Below, piece by piece: positions 8,946-20,112 of a stretch of 64,000 bases of DNA. A program made the position numbers and the translations under genes. The notes beneath the pieces were generated by a model. That model ran no database searches and was not told the DNA's origin. It saw nothing but the letters and a program-made list of their open reading frames with translations. The first letter of the stretch is position 1, and every line of letters begins with the position of its first letter. This stretch comes from Mycobacteriales bacterium (GTDB taxonomy: Bacteria > Actinomycetota > Actinomycetes > JADGOV01), in assembly GCA_038232055.1 (NCBI GenBank), contig JBBSIN010000002.1, positions 11,240 to 75,239 on the forward strand, in the 5' to 3' direction.

Positions 8946-9500
8946 TCAGGCCTTCGCAAACTCGTCGACGAGCGACTGCGAGAACGCCTTGAGGTCATCC
9001 GGCTTGCGACTGGAGATCAGCGTGTTGCCGGCATTGTCGACGTGCACTTCCTCGTCGACCCAGGTGGCGCCGGCGTTGCGAAGGTCGGTCTGCAGGCTTG
9101 GCCACGACGTCAGGGTCCGACCGCGTACGACGTCGGCTTCGACCAGCGTCCACGGGCCGTGACAGATGACGGCCACCGGCTTGCCGCTGTCGAAGAACGC
9201 CTTGGCGAACGAGACCGCCACGGGAAGCGTCCGTAGCCGGTCGGGGTTGGCGACCCCGCCCGGGAGTACGAGCGCGTCGAACTGCGACGGGTCTGCGTCG
9301 GACAGCGCCGCGTCGACCGGAAACGTGTCGCCCTTGTCGAGGTGGTTGAATGCCTGGATCTGTCCGCTCTCCGGCGCGACCAGCTTCGGCGTGCCGCCGG
9401 CGTCCTTCACGGCCTGCCACGGCTCGGTCAGCTCGACCTGCTCGGTGCCCTCGGTGTTGCACAAAAAGGCCACCGTCTTGCCGGACAGTTCGCTTGCCAT
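8946..9500 (-). CDS. DJ-1/PfpI family protein (type 1 glutamine amidotransferase-like)
   Basis: 184 aa. 'KPVAVICHGPWTLVEADVVRGRTLTSWPSLQTDLRNAGATWVDEEV' contains the nucleophile-elbow Cys-His. Confidence 0.9.
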   Translation of the reverse strand: MASELSGKTVAFLCNTEGTEQVELTEPWQAVKDAGGTPKLVAPESGQIQAFNHLDKGDTFPVDAALSDADPSQFDALVLPGGVANPDRLRTLPVAVSFAKAFFDSGKPVAVICHGPWTLVEADVVRGRTLTSWPSLQTDLRNAGATWVDEEVHVDNAGNTLISSRKPDDLKAFSQSLVDEFAKA

Positions 9501-9575
9501 CTCGGAGCTCCTCTCGTCGTCGTACTGAAGGCGTCGTACTGAGGATCCTTGCCTCGATGGGCCGCAGGCAAACGA

Positions 9576-9608
9576 GCGGCCCCGCCCGGGATTGCCGGGC
9601 GGGGCCGC
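9576..9608 (-). terminator. hairpin terminator after the S8 peptidase gene
   Basis: 14-bp stem gcggccccgcccgg / ccgggcggggccgc, 17 nt downstream of the stop on the minus strand. Confidence 0.55.
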
Positions 9609-9625
9609 TGGTCGTCGTACCGGAC

Positions 9626-11338
9626 TCAGCCGTTCGACCGCACCGCCGAGTAGGCGTTGACGATGCCCGAACCGTAGAACCCGTTGTCACTGTCCGGACC
9701 ACCGCAGTACGCGTGCGCCCGATAGACGGTTCCGTCCGAGGCAATCCGCTTGTAGTGGAAGTCCCGCGGCTGCGGACAGGCGTGCTCGACTGCGGAGTCC
9801 CGGAGGATCCGCGTCGCAGCCGACGGGGCGAGCGTCAACCCACCGGCGTGAGCGGCGTCGGCATGCCCGAACTGGCTCACGATGAGCGCCACGACGCCAG
9901 CCGCGTGCGGCGAGGCCATCGACGTGCCCTGGAGGTACTGCCAGTAGCCGCAGACCTTGGAGCTGCCCGTGCCGCGGCAGTTCCTGACGACGAACGGCGT
10001 GGTCGGCTGCCCGCTTGCGTCGATGTCGCCGTTGATGCGAGCCAGCCGCTTCGGATAGGCGGCGAGCACCAAGTTGCGGACGTCGCCGGTGTTGTCCGGC
10101 GTGTCGTAGTAGTCGCCACCCGGTCCGGCAACGTCGGTCTGCTCGGTCCCGAAGTTCGAGTAGTACGCCTTGCGGGCGGTGAGGCCGGTCGAGGACACCG
10201 CGATGACGCCCCTGGTCTCGGTCGGCACCGTGATGCACTTGTTGGTGATGTCGCGGTCCTTCGCGGTGCCCGGCGGGAAGTCCGGGCTGGTCGGGTCGAA
10301 GGTCGGGTGGTCGAGGTTGGTCGCCTCGTTGCCGGCCGCCGCGACCGGCGTCACGCCGTGGTTGACTGCATAGTCCATCGCCCGCTGGGTCGCGAGCCGG
10401 ATGGTCCGCTGCTCACGCTGCTCCGCCGGCGAGTCGGCCGGGTTGTCGACGCAGTTGAAGAGCCACGGGTCGGTGTAGAAGCTCATGTTGACGACGTCGA
10501 CCCCGATGTCACCGGCGTAGGTCAGCGCGTCGAGCGTGGACTGCAGGAAGAAGTAACCGAAGTCCTGCCCGGCGCGGACGTTGACGAGTGTCACGTTGGG
10601 CGCCACACCGGCGATCCCGATGCGGTTGATCGGCGCGCCGATCGTGCTGGCGACGTGCGTGCCGTGGCCGTTGTCGTCCCAGCCGGCCGGGTCCTTGCAG
10701 CTCGCGAACTCACACGGACCGTCGATCGAGGGGATGTCGGTGGTGAAGTTGCGTGAGAGTGAGCGGTTGAAGTGCGCCGCGATGTCGGGGTGCGTGGCGT
10801 CGACGCCGGTGTCGATGACGCCGACGAGGACCCGCCTGTCACCTGGCTGCACCCGGTACGAGCCGCCCTTCGTCGCGCCGATCTGGCGCATGTCCCACTG
10901 GCGGTCGGACAGCGGGTCGCCGCTCGTCGGGGAGATGGCAGCGCTCTTGCGGGTGGGTGTCGTGGCCCGGTCGCGAGCCACCTTCTCGATGGCCTCGCGC
11001 TTGGGTCGCTCGCTCTTCGGCGCCGTACCAATGCTGCGGTTACGCGCGGCGCCCTCGAGCGTCGCCTCCTTGGCCACCCGGTCGCGGAAGGCGCTGTCCG
11101 TCGAGCGGACGAACGCGTAGCCGACCTTGGTGTTCTCCTGAACGACGGTGCCGCCGGACCGCTCGATCGCGGCTCGGGCCGATGCCGAGCTCGTCCCCTG
11201 CGCATACAGGACGACGTAGTCGGTACTTTCGCCGCGCGTGCTGGCGGCGTTCGGGGCTGCACCGGCGGCAACCGGGGAGGCCAAAAGGCCTGCTCCTACG
11301 GTTGCCGCCGCAGCGATGCCCACAAGGGCTCTGCGCAC
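9626..11338 (-). CDS. secreted S8 family serine peptidase (subtilisin-like)
   Basis: Signal peptide 'VGIAAAATVGAGLLASPVAAGAA'. Catalytic motifs 'GVIDTGVDATHPD', 'HGTHVASTIGA' and 'GTSMASPHAAGVVALI'. GTG at 11338 sits behind an AGGAGG RBS. Confidence 0.9.
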   Translation of the reverse strand: MRRALVGIAAAATVGAGLLASPVAAGAAPNAASTRGESTDYVVLYAQGTSSASARAAIERSGGTVVQENTKVGYAFVRSTDSAFRDRVAKEATLEGAARNRSIGTAPKSERPKREAIEKVARDRATTPTRKSAAISPTSGDPLSDRQWDMRQIGATKGGSYRVQPGDRRVLVGVIDTGVDATHPDIAAHFNRSLSRNFTTDIPSIDGPCEFASCKDPAGWDDNGHGTHVASTIGAPINRIGIAGVAPNVTLVNVRAGQDFGYFFLQSTLDALTYAGDIGVDVVNMSFYTDPWLFNCVDNPADSPAEQREQRTIRLATQRAMDYAVNHGVTPVAAAGNEATNLDHPTFDPTSPDFPPGTAKDRDITNKCITVPTETRGVIAVSSTGLTARKAYYSNFGTEQTDVAGPGGDYYDTPDNTGDVRNLVLAAYPKRLARINGDIDASGQPTTPFVVRNCRGTGSSKVCGYWQYLQGTSMASPHAAGVVALIVSQFGHADAAHAGGLTLAPSAATRILRDSAVEHACPQPRDFHYKRIASDGTVYRAHAYCGGPDSDNGFYGSGIVNAYSAVRSNG

Positions 11339-11445
11339 GAGATGCCTCCTAGTCCAGCCACCTCTGTCGGTGGCCGTATGAAAGGAAACGGTATTAGATG
11401 CGCAAACGCTACGTAAAGGGGAGTGCTGCCGCGAGCGTGTCGCTG

Positions 11446-12159
11446 CTAGCCGACACCGACGCCGATGGCCGAGCCGATCCCGAATGTGACCGCCGCGGCC
11501 AGGCCGCCGAGCACGAGCTGGCGGGCTCCGCCGTACGCCCACGCGCGCCTGGTCATCCGCGCGACCATTGCGCCCGAACCGAACAGGCCGAGGCCGGCCA
11601 GCACCAGCGCCCAGAACAGAGTCGTGGCGCCGAGGAGGTAGGGCAGCAGCGGGACGAAGGCGCCGAGCGCGAAGGCGATGAACGACGAGACGGCCGCCGT
11701 CCCGCCCGACGGAAGGTCGTCGGGGTCGACGCCGAGCTCCTCCCGGGCGTGGACCCGCCACGCCTGCTCGGGGTCGGCCGAGAGCTGCCGGGCCACCTCG
11801 GCCGCCAGCCTTGGTTCGAGCCCGCGAGCGCGGTAGAGGGCGGCGAGCTCGGCCTCTTCGGCCTTGGGCGCCCGCTGGATCTCGGCCTTCTCGACGTCGA
11901 TCTCCGCCTCGGTCAGCTCCGACTGCGACGTCACGGAGACGTACTCGCCGGTGGCCATCGAGAACGCGCCCGCGACGAGCCCGGCCAGGCCGGTGAGCCC
12001 GATCGTGCGCGGCGCGAGCCCGCCTCCCGCCACCCCGGCGATGAGCGCGAAGTTGGACACCAGCCCGTCGGTGACACCGAACACCGCCGGGCGAAGCCAG
12101 CCACCGGTCACGTCCCGGTGCGAATGGTGGATCTCGGTGAGGTGCTGCTGGACTGCCAC
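11446..12159 (-). CDS. VIT1/CCC1 family iron/manganese transporter-like protein
   Basis: 'GGWLRPAVFGVTDGLVSNFALIAG', 'GAFSMATGEYVSVTSQSE' and C-terminal TM helices. GTG start at 12159. Confidence 0.85.
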   Translation of the reverse strand: MAVQQHLTEIHHSHRDVTGGWLRPAVFGVTDGLVSNFALIAGVAGGGLAPRTIGLTGLAGLVAGAFSMATGEYVSVTSQSELTEAEIDVEKAEIQRAPKAEEAELAALYRARGLEPRLAAEVARQLSADPEQAWRVHAREELGVDPDDLPSGGTAAVSSFIAFALGAFVPLLPYLLGATTLFWALVLAGLGLFGSGAMVARMTRRAWAYGGARQLVLGGLAAAVTFGIGSAIGVGVG

Positions 12160-12169
12160 ACCGTGCAGG

Positions 12170-13009
12170 TTACCCGGCCGACACCGGTTCCTCGGCTGCT
12201 TCGGCCGCCGGTTCCACCTCGTCCTCGCGGGTGCTGTGCCGGCGTACGACGAGATAGGTGACCGCCCCGAGGAAGACGAGGATCGAGGTCCACTCGTTGA
12301 GCCGCAGGCCGAGGATGTGGTTCGCCCGGTCGACCCGCAGCATCTCGATCCAGAATCGGCCGACCGTATAGGCGGCGACGTAGACCGCAAAGGCGCGGCC
12401 GTGGCCGAGGCGGAAGCGGCGGTCGGCCCAGACGACGAGGGCGGCGGCGCCGAGGTCCCACAGCAGCTCGTAGAGGAAGGTCGGGTGGTAGTAGCCCGGC
12501 ACCCCGTCCTTCGGCGCGGTGATGTGCAGCGCCCACGGCAGGTCGGTCGCCTTCCCGTAGAGCTCCTGGTTGAACCAGTTGCCGAGCCGGCCGATGGCCT
12601 GGGCGACCAGGATGCCGGGCGCAGTCGCGTCGCCGAAGGCGCCGATGCCGATACCGCGCCGGCGGCAGGCGATCCAGGCGCCCACCCCGCCCAGGGCGAT
12701 CGCCCCCCAGATACCCAGGCCGCCTTCCCACACCTTCAGCGCGTCGACCGGGTGCCGGCCGGCCCCGAAGTAGAGCTCCGGGTCGGTCAGCACGTGGTAG
12801 AGCCGGCCGCCGACGATTCCGAACGGCACCGCCCAGGCGGCGACATCGGACACCGTGCCTGGCCGGCCGCCGCGAGCGACCCAGCGCCGCTCACCGATCA
12901 GGATCGCGGCGACGACGCCGAGGATGATGAACAGGGCATACGCGCGGAGCGGGACCGGGCCGAGATGCCACACGCCACGGGACGGGCTAGGGATCGACGC
13001 GAGGAGCAC
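12170..13009 (-). CDS. lgt: prolipoprotein diacylglyceryl transferase
   Basis: 'LRAYALFIILGVV', 'GGLGIWGAIALG', 'AQAIGRLGNWFNQELYG' and 'HPTFLYELLW'. Canonical position after trpA. GTG at 13009. Confidence 0.9.
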   Translation of the reverse strand: MLLASIPSPSRGVWHLGPVPLRAYALFIILGVVAAILIGERRWVARGGRPGTVSDVAAWAVPFGIVGGRLYHVLTDPELYFGAGRHPVDALKVWEGGLGIWGAIALGGVGAWIACRRRGIGIGAFGDATAPGILVAQAIGRLGNWFNQELYGKATDLPWALHITAPKDGVPGYYHPTFLYELLWDLGAAALVVWADRRFRLGHGRAFAVYVAAYTVGRFWIEMLRVDRANHILGLRLNEWTSILVFLGAVTYLVVRRHSTREDEVEPAAEAAEEPVSAG

Positions 13010-13083
13010 CGTTCGACGGTAGCCCAGGACGTTCAGCGGAAGCGGTACGCCGACCAGGTGTCTCCCGAAGCCCCGCGCGTCGG

Positions 13084-13890
13084 TCAGGTTCGGCGGACGC
13101 CCTCGGCGAGCTCGGTGACCAGGTCGGTCAGCCCGGTGAGGTCCGCCCCGTCGGTCAGGTCGGCCGGGCCGCCGCCGTCGAGGAGCCGGCGGACGAAGGC
13201 CGAACCGACGATCACGCCGTCGGCGTACGACGCAACCTCTGCCGCCTGGGCGCCACTGCTCACGCCGAGTCCCACCGCGACCGGGAGGTCGGTGGCGGCG
13301 CGGACGCGGTGGACGAGCGCGGCCGCCGTCCCGGCTACCGCGTCGCGGGTTCCGGTGACGCCCATCGTCGAGGCCGCGTAGACGAACCCGCGGGTGACGT
13401 CGGCCACGGCCCGGATGCGCTCCTCGGACGACGACGGCGCGACGAGGAACACCGGGTCCAGCGCGTGCTTGCTGGCGGCCGCCAGCCACGGCGCGGACTC
13501 CTCGGGCAGCACGTCCGGCGTGATCGCGCCCACCCCTCCCGCCGTGGCGAGGTCTCGGGCGAAGGCGTCCACGCCGTAGCGCTCGACCGGGTTCCAGTAG
13601 GTCATCACCAGCGTCGGTGCGCCGGTCGCGACAACGACCGCCTCGACGGTGTCCAGCACGTCGCGGGGCGTCGTGCCGCCGGCGAGCGACCGGTCGACCG
13701 CTGCCTGAATGGTCGGCCCGTCCATCAGCGGGTCGGAGTAGGGCAGCCCCACCTCGACCACGTCCACCCCGGCCCGCACCATGGCGATGAGGGCGACGAC
13801 GCAGCCGTCGTACGACGGAAAACCGGCCGGCAGGTAGCCGACGAGCAGCGGCCGCCCCGCCGTGGCAAAGGCGTCGGAGAGCGCGCTCAC
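13084..13890 (-). CDS. trpA: tryptophan synthase alpha chain
   Basis: '[20 protein letters not shown]', 'LVMTYWNPV' and '[13 protein letters not shown]'. The GTG start overlaps the trpB stop (GTGA). Confidence 0.95.
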   Translation of the reverse strand: MSALSDAFATAGRPLLVGYLPAGFPSYDGCVVALIAMVRAGVDVVEVGLPYSDPLMDGPTIQAAVDRSLAGGTTPRDVLDTVEAVVVATGAPTLVMTYWNPVERYGVDAFARDLATAGGVGAITPDVLPEESAPWLAAASKHALDPVFLVAPSSSEERIRAVADVTRGFVYAASTMGVTGTRDAVAGTAAALVHRVRAATDLPVAVGLGVSSGAQAAEVASYADGVIVGSAFVRRLLDGGGPADLTDGADLTGLTDLVTELAEGVRRT

Positions 13891-15083
13891 GCCAGCTCGA
13901 ACCAGCGGGCCGCGGTGTCGACGTCCTTGTCGCCGCGACCGGAGCAGCTGACCAGCACCACCCCGTCCGGCCCGAGCTCGGCACCGACGTCGAGTGCGCC
14001 GGCGACGGCATGCGCGGTCTCGATCGCCGGGAGGATCCCCTCGGTCCTGGCGAGCAGTGCGAACGCCGACATCGCGACCTCGTCGGTGACCGGCCGATAC
14101 GTCGCCCGGCCGGTGTCGCGCAGCCATGCATGCTCCGGTCCGACGCCCGGGTAGTCGAGGCCGGCCGAGATGGACTGCGTGCCGCTGGTCTGGCCCCACT
14201 CGTCCTGCAGGAGGTAGGAGCGGGCACCGTGCAGCACGCCCGGCTCGCCCCCGGACAGCGTGGCCGCATGGTGGCCGGTCTCGACGCCGGACCCGCCGGC
14301 CTCGCAGCCGACCAGCCGCACGTCGACGGCGTCGAGGAAGGGATGGAAGATGCCCATCGCGTTGGAGCCCCCGCCCACGCAGGCGACCACGGCGTCCGGC
14401 AGCCGGCCGACCAGCTCCAGACACTGCCCGCGCGCCTCGACCCCGATGATGCGCTGGAAGTCGCGGACCATCGTGGGGAAGGGGTGCGGTCCGACGACGC
14501 TGCCGAGAATGTAGTGCGTCGTGTCGACGTTGGTAACCCAGTCGCGCATCGCCTCGTTGACCGCATCCTTGAGCGTGCGGCTGCCGATCGTCACAGGTAC
14601 GACGGAGGCGCCGAGGAGCTGCATCCGGGCCACGTTGAGGGCCTGCCGACGGGTGTCCTCCTCCCCCATGTAGACGACGCACTCGAGCCCCAGCAGCGCG
14701 CAGGCGGTGGCCGTGGCGACCCCGTGCTGACCGGCACCGGTCTCAGCGATGACGCGGGGCTTGTCCATCCGCTGGGTGAGCAGGGCCTGGCCGAGCACGT
14801 TGTTGATCTTGTGCGAGCCGGTGTGGGCGAGATCCTCGCGCTTGAGCAGGATGCGGGCGCCGCCAGCGTGCGTCGCCAGACGACGAGCGTCCGTCACCGG
14901 CGTCGGGCGGCCGGCGTAGGTGGTGAGCAGCCGGTCGAGCTCGGTCGAAAAGGAGCTGTCGATGCGCGCAGCGGCGTACGCCGCAGTCAGCTCGTCGAGT
15001 GCCGCGACCAGCGCTTCGGGGACGAAGCGCCCGCCGTACGGGCCGAAGTGGCCGCCGACGTCGGGAACCGTTGACGCGCTCAT
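13887..15083 (-). CDS. trpB: tryptophan synthase beta chain
   Basis: 398 aa. '[16 protein letters not shown]' (PLP lysine) and '[12 protein letters not shown]'. The ATG overlaps the trpC stop. Confidence 0.95.
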   Translation of the reverse strand: MSASTVPDVGGHFGPYGGRFVPEALVAALDELTAAYAAARIDSSFSTELDRLLTTYAGRPTPVTDARRLATHAGGARILLKREDLAHTGSHKINNVLGQALLTQRMDKPRVIAETGAGQHGVATATACALLGLECVVYMGEEDTRRQALNVARMQLLGASVVPVTIGSRTLKDAVNEAMRDWVTNVDTTHYILGSVVGPHPFPTMVRDFQRIIGVEARGQCLELVGRLPDAVVACVGGGSNAMGIFHPFLDAVDVRLVGCEAGGSGVETGHHAATLSGGEPGVLHGARSYLLQDEWGQTSGTQSISAGLDYPGVGPEHAWLRDTGRATYRPVTDEVAMSAFALLARTEGILPAIETAHAVAGALDVGAELGPDGVVLVSCSGRGDKDVDTAARWFELA

Positions 15084-15889
15084 CCGGCTGCCTGCCGCGC
15101 GCTGGGATGGGACCCGGCGGTGACCAGGGCCGAGACCGCCTGCCGCGGGTCGGCGTCGGTGACGAGCCCCTCGCCGACGAGCACGGCGTCGGCGCCCGCG
15201 GCGGCGTAGGCGAGCAGGTCGTGCGGCCCGCGTACGCCGGACTCGGCCACCTTCACGACCCCCCGGGGAAGCTGCGGCGCGAGCCGGCCGAAGGTGTCCC
15301 TGTCGACGCGAAGCGTGGTGAGGTCGCGCGCGTTGACCCCCACGACCCGCGCCCCGGCGGCGAGAGCCCGGTCGAGCTCGGCCTCATCGTGGACCTCGAC
15401 CAGTGCGGTCATGCCCAGCGACTCGACGCGCTCGAGAAGGCAGACGAGCGCGTCGGGCTCGAGGGCCGCGACGATGAGGAGTACGACGTCAGCCCCGTGA
15501 GCGCGCGCCTCCCAGACCTGATACGGCGTCACGACGAAGTCCTTGCGCAGCACCGCGACGTCGACCGCCCGGCGCACCGCGTCGAGGTCGGCCAGGCTGC
15601 CGCCGAAGCGACGGCCCTCCGTCAGCACGCTGATCGCTACCGCACCGCCGTCCTCGTACGCCCGAGCGAGCGCCGCCGGATCGCGGATCGGCGCCAGCGC
15701 GCCGCCGGAGGGGCTGGCCCGCTTGACCTCGGCGATCACGCTGACGCCCGGCCGGCGCAGGGCGGCGACAGCGTCCCGCGCCGGTGGCCGGTCGGCGGCC
15801 CGGCGCTTCAACGCGTCGAGCGGCACCGCCGCCTCCCGGACGGCAAGGTCAACGCGCACGTCGCGGAGGATCGCGTCGAGCACGGACAT
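15080..15889 (-). CDS. trpC: indole-3-glycerol phosphate synthase
   Basis: '[15 protein letters not shown]', '[13 protein letters not shown]' and '[27 protein letters not shown]'. The longer ORF upstream is artefact. Confidence 0.9.
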   Translation of the reverse strand: MSVLDAILRDVRVDLAVREAAVPLDALKRRAADRPPARDAVAALRRPGVSVIAEVKRASPSGGALAPIRDPAALARAYEDGGAVAISVLTEGRRFGGSLADLDAVRRAVDVAVLRKDFVVTPYQVWEARAHGADVVLLIVAALEPDALVCLLERVESLGMTALVEVHDEAELDRALAAGARVVGVNARDLTTLRVDRDTFGRLAPQLPRGVVKVAESGVRGPHDLLAYAAAGADAVLVGEGLVTDADPRQAVSALVTAGSHPSARQAAG

Positions 15890-15923
15890 CCCGACACGAT
15901 AACGGCGACCCTTCGCGGTCCGG

Positions 15924-17333
15924 TCAGCGCCGCCCGGCCGGGGCGGAGTCGGGATGGGCGGGACCGGGATGGGGGGAGTCGGTCGCCGGCACGCGAATCC
16001 CGAAGCAGGCGCCACCCTCCGGTGCATGGCCGGCCTCGGCGTGTCCGCCCATCCGGGCCACGAGACCGGCGATGAGCGCAAGGCCCACGCCCGTACCGAC
16101 CCGGCGAGTGCCTCGATACCGGTCGTAGAGCGCGGACCGCTCGAAGGCGACCCGCACGTCGTCGTCGGTCAGCCCCGGACCGCCGTCACGCACCTCGAGC
16201 ACGACGTCGCGGCTGTCCCGGCGTACGGCGAACACCAGCGGCCGCCCGGCCGGCGTCGCCCGAAGCGCATTCTCCGCGAGCCCGTCGAGGATCTGGCGCA
16301 GCCGGGTCGGGTCGACGACGGCCAGGACCGGCCCGCCGTCGGCCTCCAGTCGCAGGTCGACCCCCTCCCGCTCACAGCGCGCCGACCACACCTGCGCCGC
16401 CTGGCGGGCGAGCGCCGAGACGTCGGTTCGGATGAGGTCCAGCCGGAAGTCGTCAGCACCCAGTCGAGCCAGGCCGAGCAGGTCGGAGACGAGCCGCTCG
16501 AGCCGGGTCGCCTCGGCGAGCATGGTCGCGCCGGTCGCCGCAACGTCGGGCGCCGGTACGACGCCGTCGGCCAGCGCCTCGGCGAATCCCTTGACCGCCG
16601 TCAGCGGCGTACGCAGCTCGTGGGAGACGGAGAGCAGGAACTCCCGCTGCCGACCCTCGCTGGTGGTCAGCGCGGCGGCGAGCGTGTTCAGCGCCTGCGC
16701 GACCTCTGCCACCTCGGCCGGGCCCGCCGGGGTCAGCCGAACGTCGCGCCGCCCGCCGGCCAGGTCATGCGCAGCGGCCGCCGCCTGCTGCAGCGGTCGG
16801 GCCAGCCGGCGGGAGAGCAGGAACCCGGCGATCGCGGCGCCGACCAGCCCGATCAGCAGGGCGGCGAGGATGCGGCGCCGGGCACCGGACGTCACGGCGC
16901 CGGCCACGCTCGCCGGCTGCACGAGAGCCACCGCCCCGCCGCCCTCGACCGGCCGGCCCACGACGAAGTACCGCCGCCCGCTGGACCGGCGCACCGCGCG
17001 GACGTCGGCACCGCTGCCCAGCGCGGTCCGGTCGGCTGGCGTCAGAAGGGCGGCGGCCGCCCCGGTCGTCCGGCCGTCCGGCCGGATCCGGACGAGCCGA
17101 ATCTGCTGCCCGCCGAAGAGCCGGCGAGGCGGGAGCCGCTCGGCGCGGTCCACCACGTTGGCAACGATCCGCGCCTGCTGGTCGAGGGTGTCCAGCGCCT
17201 GGTGCTCGGCGGCGCCGCGGATGAGCTGCAGCGCCACGACCCCGGTGAGCAGGAGCGCAACGGCGGCGACCGCCGCCATCGCCGACGCCGCCTGGCCGGC
17301 GAGTCCCCGCCGGCGCGGCTGGCCCTCAGCCAC
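15924..17333 (-). CDS. sensor histidine kinase (HAMP-HisKA-HATPase)
   Basis: H-box '[16 protein letters not shown]' plus N/G boxes '[13 protein letters not shown]' and 'VRDGGPGL...GVGLALI'. The GTG start overlaps the response regulator stop. Confidence 0.85.
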   Translation of the reverse strand: MAEGQPRRRGLAGQAASAMAAVAAVALLLTGVVALQLIRGAAEHQALDTLDQQARIVANVVDRAERLPPRRLFGGQQIRLVRIRPDGRTTGAAAALLTPADRTALGSGADVRAVRRSSGRRYFVVGRPVEGGGAVALVQPASVAGAVTSGARRRILAALLIGLVGAAIAGFLLSRRLARPLQQAAAAAHDLAGGRRDVRLTPAGPAEVAEVAQALNTLAAALTTSEGRQREFLLSVSHELRTPLTAVKGFAEALADGVVPAPDVAATGATMLAEATRLERLVSDLLGLARLGADDFRLDLIRTDVSALARQAAQVWSARCEREGVDLRLEADGGPVLAVVDPTRLRQILDGLAENALRATPAGRPLVFAVRRDSRDVVLEVRDGGPGLTDDDVRVAFERSALYDRYRGTRRVGTGVGLALIAGLVARMGGHAEAGHAPEGGACFGIRVPATDSPHPGPAHPDSAPAGRR

Positions 17334-18012
17334 TCGCCTCGTCGGCGGAGTAGCCGACCCCGCGCACCGTTCGAATCGGGCTGGTCCCGCCGAGCTTCGC
17401 CCGCAGCTGCGCAACATGGACGTCGACGGTGCGGGTGCCGGCGGCCGCGGCGTAGCCCCAGACCTCGCTCAGCAGCTGCTCCCGTGGGTAGACGCGCCCC
17501 GGCCGGCGCATGAGGCAGGCCAGCAGGTCGAACTCAATGGCAGTGAGCGCGACCTCCCGGCCGTCGGCGCGGACCGTACGCCGGAGCGGGTCGACGGTGA
17601 GCCCGCCAAGGCGGAGCGCCGGCTGCTCCCCTGGCCCGGCTGCCCGTCGTACGACACCCTTGACCCGGGCCACCAGCTCCCGCGGGGAGAACGGCTTGGC
17701 GATGTAGTCGTCGCCCCCGAGCTCCAGCCCGAGCACTCGGTCGACCTCGTCGTCGCGGGCGGTCACGAACAGCACGGGCGTCCAGTCCCCGTCGGCGCGC
17801 AGCGCCCGGCACACCTCCGTGCCGTCGAGCGTGGGCAGCCCGACGTCAAGGATGATCGCAACCGGGTGCAGGCCACGGGCTGCCGCCAGCCCCGCGCGAC
17901 CGTCCGACTCGACGTGGACTCCGAAGCCCTCGCGCGCGAGGTAGAGCCGCTGCAGGTCGGCGATGGGCTTCTCGTCCTCGATGACGAGCACCAGTCCCCT
18001 GCTCTCCGGCAT
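17326..18012 (-). CDS. OmpR-family response regulator
   Basis: 'LVLVIEDEKPIADL', 'ILDVGLPTLDG' and the winged-helix 'VYPREQLLSEVWG...TVDVHVAQLRAKL'. Confidence 0.9.
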   Translation of the reverse strand: MPESRGLVLVIEDEKPIADLQRLYLAREGFGVHVESDGRAGLAAARGLHPVAIILDVGLPTLDGTEVCRALRADGDWTPVLFVTARDDEVDRVLGLELGGDDYIAKPFSPRELVARVKGVVRRAAGPGEQPALRLGGLTVDPLRRTVRADGREVALTAIEFDLLACLMRRPGRVYPREQLLSEVWGYAAAAGTRTVDVHVAQLRAKLGGTSPIRTVRGVGYSADEASG

Positions 18013-18034
18013 GAGATCACGGTACGGCGATCGG

Positions 18035-18691
18035 TCAGCGGAGCGCGGAACCTTCGTCGCTTTCGAGTTCTCCCCGCAACCGACGCAGGCCGGTCCGGAC
18101 CCGGGTCTTGACGGTCCCGATCGGCGCACCGGTCACCTCCGCGATCTCCCGGTGGCTGAGCCCGCCGAGGAACGAGAGCACTACCGCCTCCCGCTGCGGC
18201 CCCGGCAGCGACGCGAGGGCCGCCTGCAGCTCGGCCCGGCGCAGGCGGAGCCACGCCATCTCGTCCGCACCGGCGCACTCCGAAAGCCGCGGGGCAAGCT
18301 CCTGCGCACCGGCGACTCGGCGCCGTTCCCGCTCGGCCACCCGCACGGCGTCGACCGCCTGGTGGTGCGTGACGGTCAGCAGCCACGCGAGGAGCGTGCC
18401 GCGCTGCGGCCGGTAGTGCGACCGCCCGGTGCGCCACAGCGCCAGGAACGCCTCCTGGACGACGTCGTGCGCGAGGTGTTCGTCACGAACCACCTGGCGC
18501 GCGAGCGCCAGGCAGCGCCGATGATGCTCGCGATACAGCGCCGAGAAGCCCCAGCCGGGGACGGGAGAGGTGTGCTCGTCGAAGCCCACGCCGTGGCGCT
18601 GCTCGCCCGCCGCCGTGTCGCCGTACGGCGACGGCGTTCCGCTGGGCATGGCGTTCGCCGACACGGTGCCAGCAGTCCTTCCCGAAGACAC
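18035..18691 (-). CDS. ECF (group 4) sigma-70 family sigma factor
   Basis: Region 2 'AHDVVQEAFLALWR...LAWLLTVTHHQAVDAVR' and region 4 'LSHREIAEVTGAPIGTVKTRVRTGLRRLR'. It lies 22 nt upstream of the response regulator gene. The exact start is uncertain. Confidence 0.85.
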   Translation of the reverse strand: MSSGRTAGTVSANAMPSGTPSPYGDTAAGEQRHGVGFDEHTSPVPGWGFSALYREHHRRCLALARQVVRDEHLAHDVVQEAFLALWRTGRSHYRPQRGTLLAWLLTVTHHQAVDAVRVAERERRRVAGAQELAPRLSECAGADEMAWLRLRRAELQAALASLPGPQREAVVLSFLGGLSHREIAEVTGAPIGTVKTRVRTGLRRLRGELESDEGSALR

Positions 18692-18902
18692 GCGCCGCCC
18701 GGCGGCGCGGCGATGGTCGAGTCACCGCACGGAACATTCGAAGCAGCGGCGCCGATCGGCTTTCTCCTTCAGTCCAGCCTGAAGGACCGGCCGCGTCCTG
18801 CGCAGCAGCCACGGGGAGCAACCCGCCGGGACCGATCAGCGCAGTGGTGGTGCTGGCGGGTGCCGCGGTCCGCCGTACGGTGAGCCGAGCTGGGGAGGAA
18901 GG

Positions 18903-19442
18903 ATGGGTGCCATGACGGATTTCGCAGACCGGGCGCGGGACGCGGCTGCCCTAGCCGGCCGAGAGAAGGCGGCGTACACCGGCGGCGAGGAGCGGCCGCT
19001 CGGGTCGTTCGTCGCGATCATGGGCGCATACGTCGCGACGGTGGCCACCCTGTCGGGTGTGGCCCGGTGGCGCGGCGTCCGGTTGCCTGAGCGGTTGTCG
19101 TGGAGCGACCTGGCCCTGGCGACCGTGGCCACGCACAAGGTCGCCCGGCTGTTGTCCAAAGACCCGGTCACCAGCCCGCTGCGTGCCCCGTTCACCCGCT
19201 TCGCCGGTACGAGCGGGGAGGCCGAACTCGCCGAGGAGGTACGGGGCAGTGGGCCGCGAAAGGCGATCGGCGAGCTGGTCACCTGCCCGTTCTGCCTCGG
19301 TCAGTGGGTCACGACCGCTTTCGTCTTCGGTCTCGTGACGGCACCCCGGGCGACCCGGCTGGCCGCCACGGTGTTCGCGATGCACGCCGGCGCCGACCTG
19401 CTGCAGTTCGCCTACGCGAAGGCCCAGAGCATGGCCGACTGA
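18903..19442 (+). CDS. DUF1360-like membrane protein
   Basis: 'HKVARLLSKDPVTSPLRAPF...LVTCPFCLGQWV' is the signature as I remember it for DUF1360. Confidence 0.7.
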   Translation: MGAMTDFADRARDAAALAGREKAAYTGGEERPLGSFVAIMGAYVATVATLSGVARWRGVRLPERLSWSDLALATVATHKVARLLSKDPVTSPLRAPFTRFAGTSGEAELAEEVRGSGPRKAIGELVTCPFCLGQWVTTAFVFGLVTAPRATRLAATVFAMHAGADLLQFAYAKAQSMAD

Positions 19443-19515
19443 CCGACTGGTTCCGTCGAGATCGCCGGGTCGGTCGCCGCAGCCTTGGTCACCGCAGGCT
19501 GGTCACCGCAGGCTG

Positions 19516-20112
19516 TCAACGCAGCGTGGGATCCTCGCCGTGGTCGAGGGCGCGCCAGGGGTCGGTGTCGCGGGCCGGCGTACGGCGGGCCGGCGCGTCG
19601 TAGCGGGTGCCCATACCCGGCCAGTCGCGGCCCCGGCCGATGGCCAGTGCGCCGGAGGCGGCCACCGCGACCCCGCCGGCTGCGTACAGCAGGGGCCAGA
19701 CCGTGCGGCCCGACACGGTGACGCTCGCACCGGTGTCGAGCCGCGTCTTGATCTCGCCGGCGTCGCGGACATGCGTGGGCGCGGCGAGCCCGAGCGCGAG
19801 GACGGCACCCACGCCTGCGGCAACGAGAACCGCACCGAGCGCCACCCGCCACCAACCGCGGAGGGCAAGGAGAGCCGCGATGCCGGCCGATCCGAGCAGG
19901 GCGAGCGCTCTCACCACCCCGGCGAGGTCGCCTCCGCTCACCGCGACGCGCTGTTGGGGCAGCGGCGGGGGCTGGTGTATCACGGCGTGGGCCCAGGGTC
20001 GGCCGGCCGAGACCAGCATGGCGAGCGCCCCCAGCCCGGCCATCCCGCAGGCGAGGGCGAGCTGGCGCCGCGAGCCGGTCACGTCGTCGCCGACAGGCTT
20101 CCCGCCAGTCAT
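19516..20112 (-). CDS. Trp biosynthesis-associated membrane protein (TIGR02234-like)
   Basis: Four TM segments and a C-terminal '[13 protein letters not shown]'. Overlaps the hisI stop by 4 nt. Confidence 0.8.
   Translation of the reverse strand: MTGGKPVGDDVTGSRRQLALACGMAGLGALAMLVSAGRPWAHAVIHQPPPLPQQRVAVSGGDLAGVVRALALLGSAGIAALLALRGWWRVALGAVLVAAGVGAVLALGLAAPTHVRDAGEIKTRLDTGASVTVSGRTVWPLLYAAGGVAVAASGALAIGRGRDWPGMGTRYDAPARRTPARDTDPWRALDHGEDPTLR

Noticed and set aside
12170-14566. A 798-aa ORF suggesting a giant Lgt fusion, and similarly the 532-aa 'TrpA' and 333-aa 'TrpC' ORFs.
   Set aside because: Only the C-terminal parts match the families. The upstream parts run through the neighbouring genes out of frame. 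Starts were reset using overlapping stop-start codons.
18733-18760. 'GGAAC-N17-CGAT' upstream of the DUF1360 gene as an ECF-type promoter.
   Set aside because: The -10 element is not a convincing CGTT/GTC type. I cannot place it relative to a transcription start, and there is no supporting conservation.
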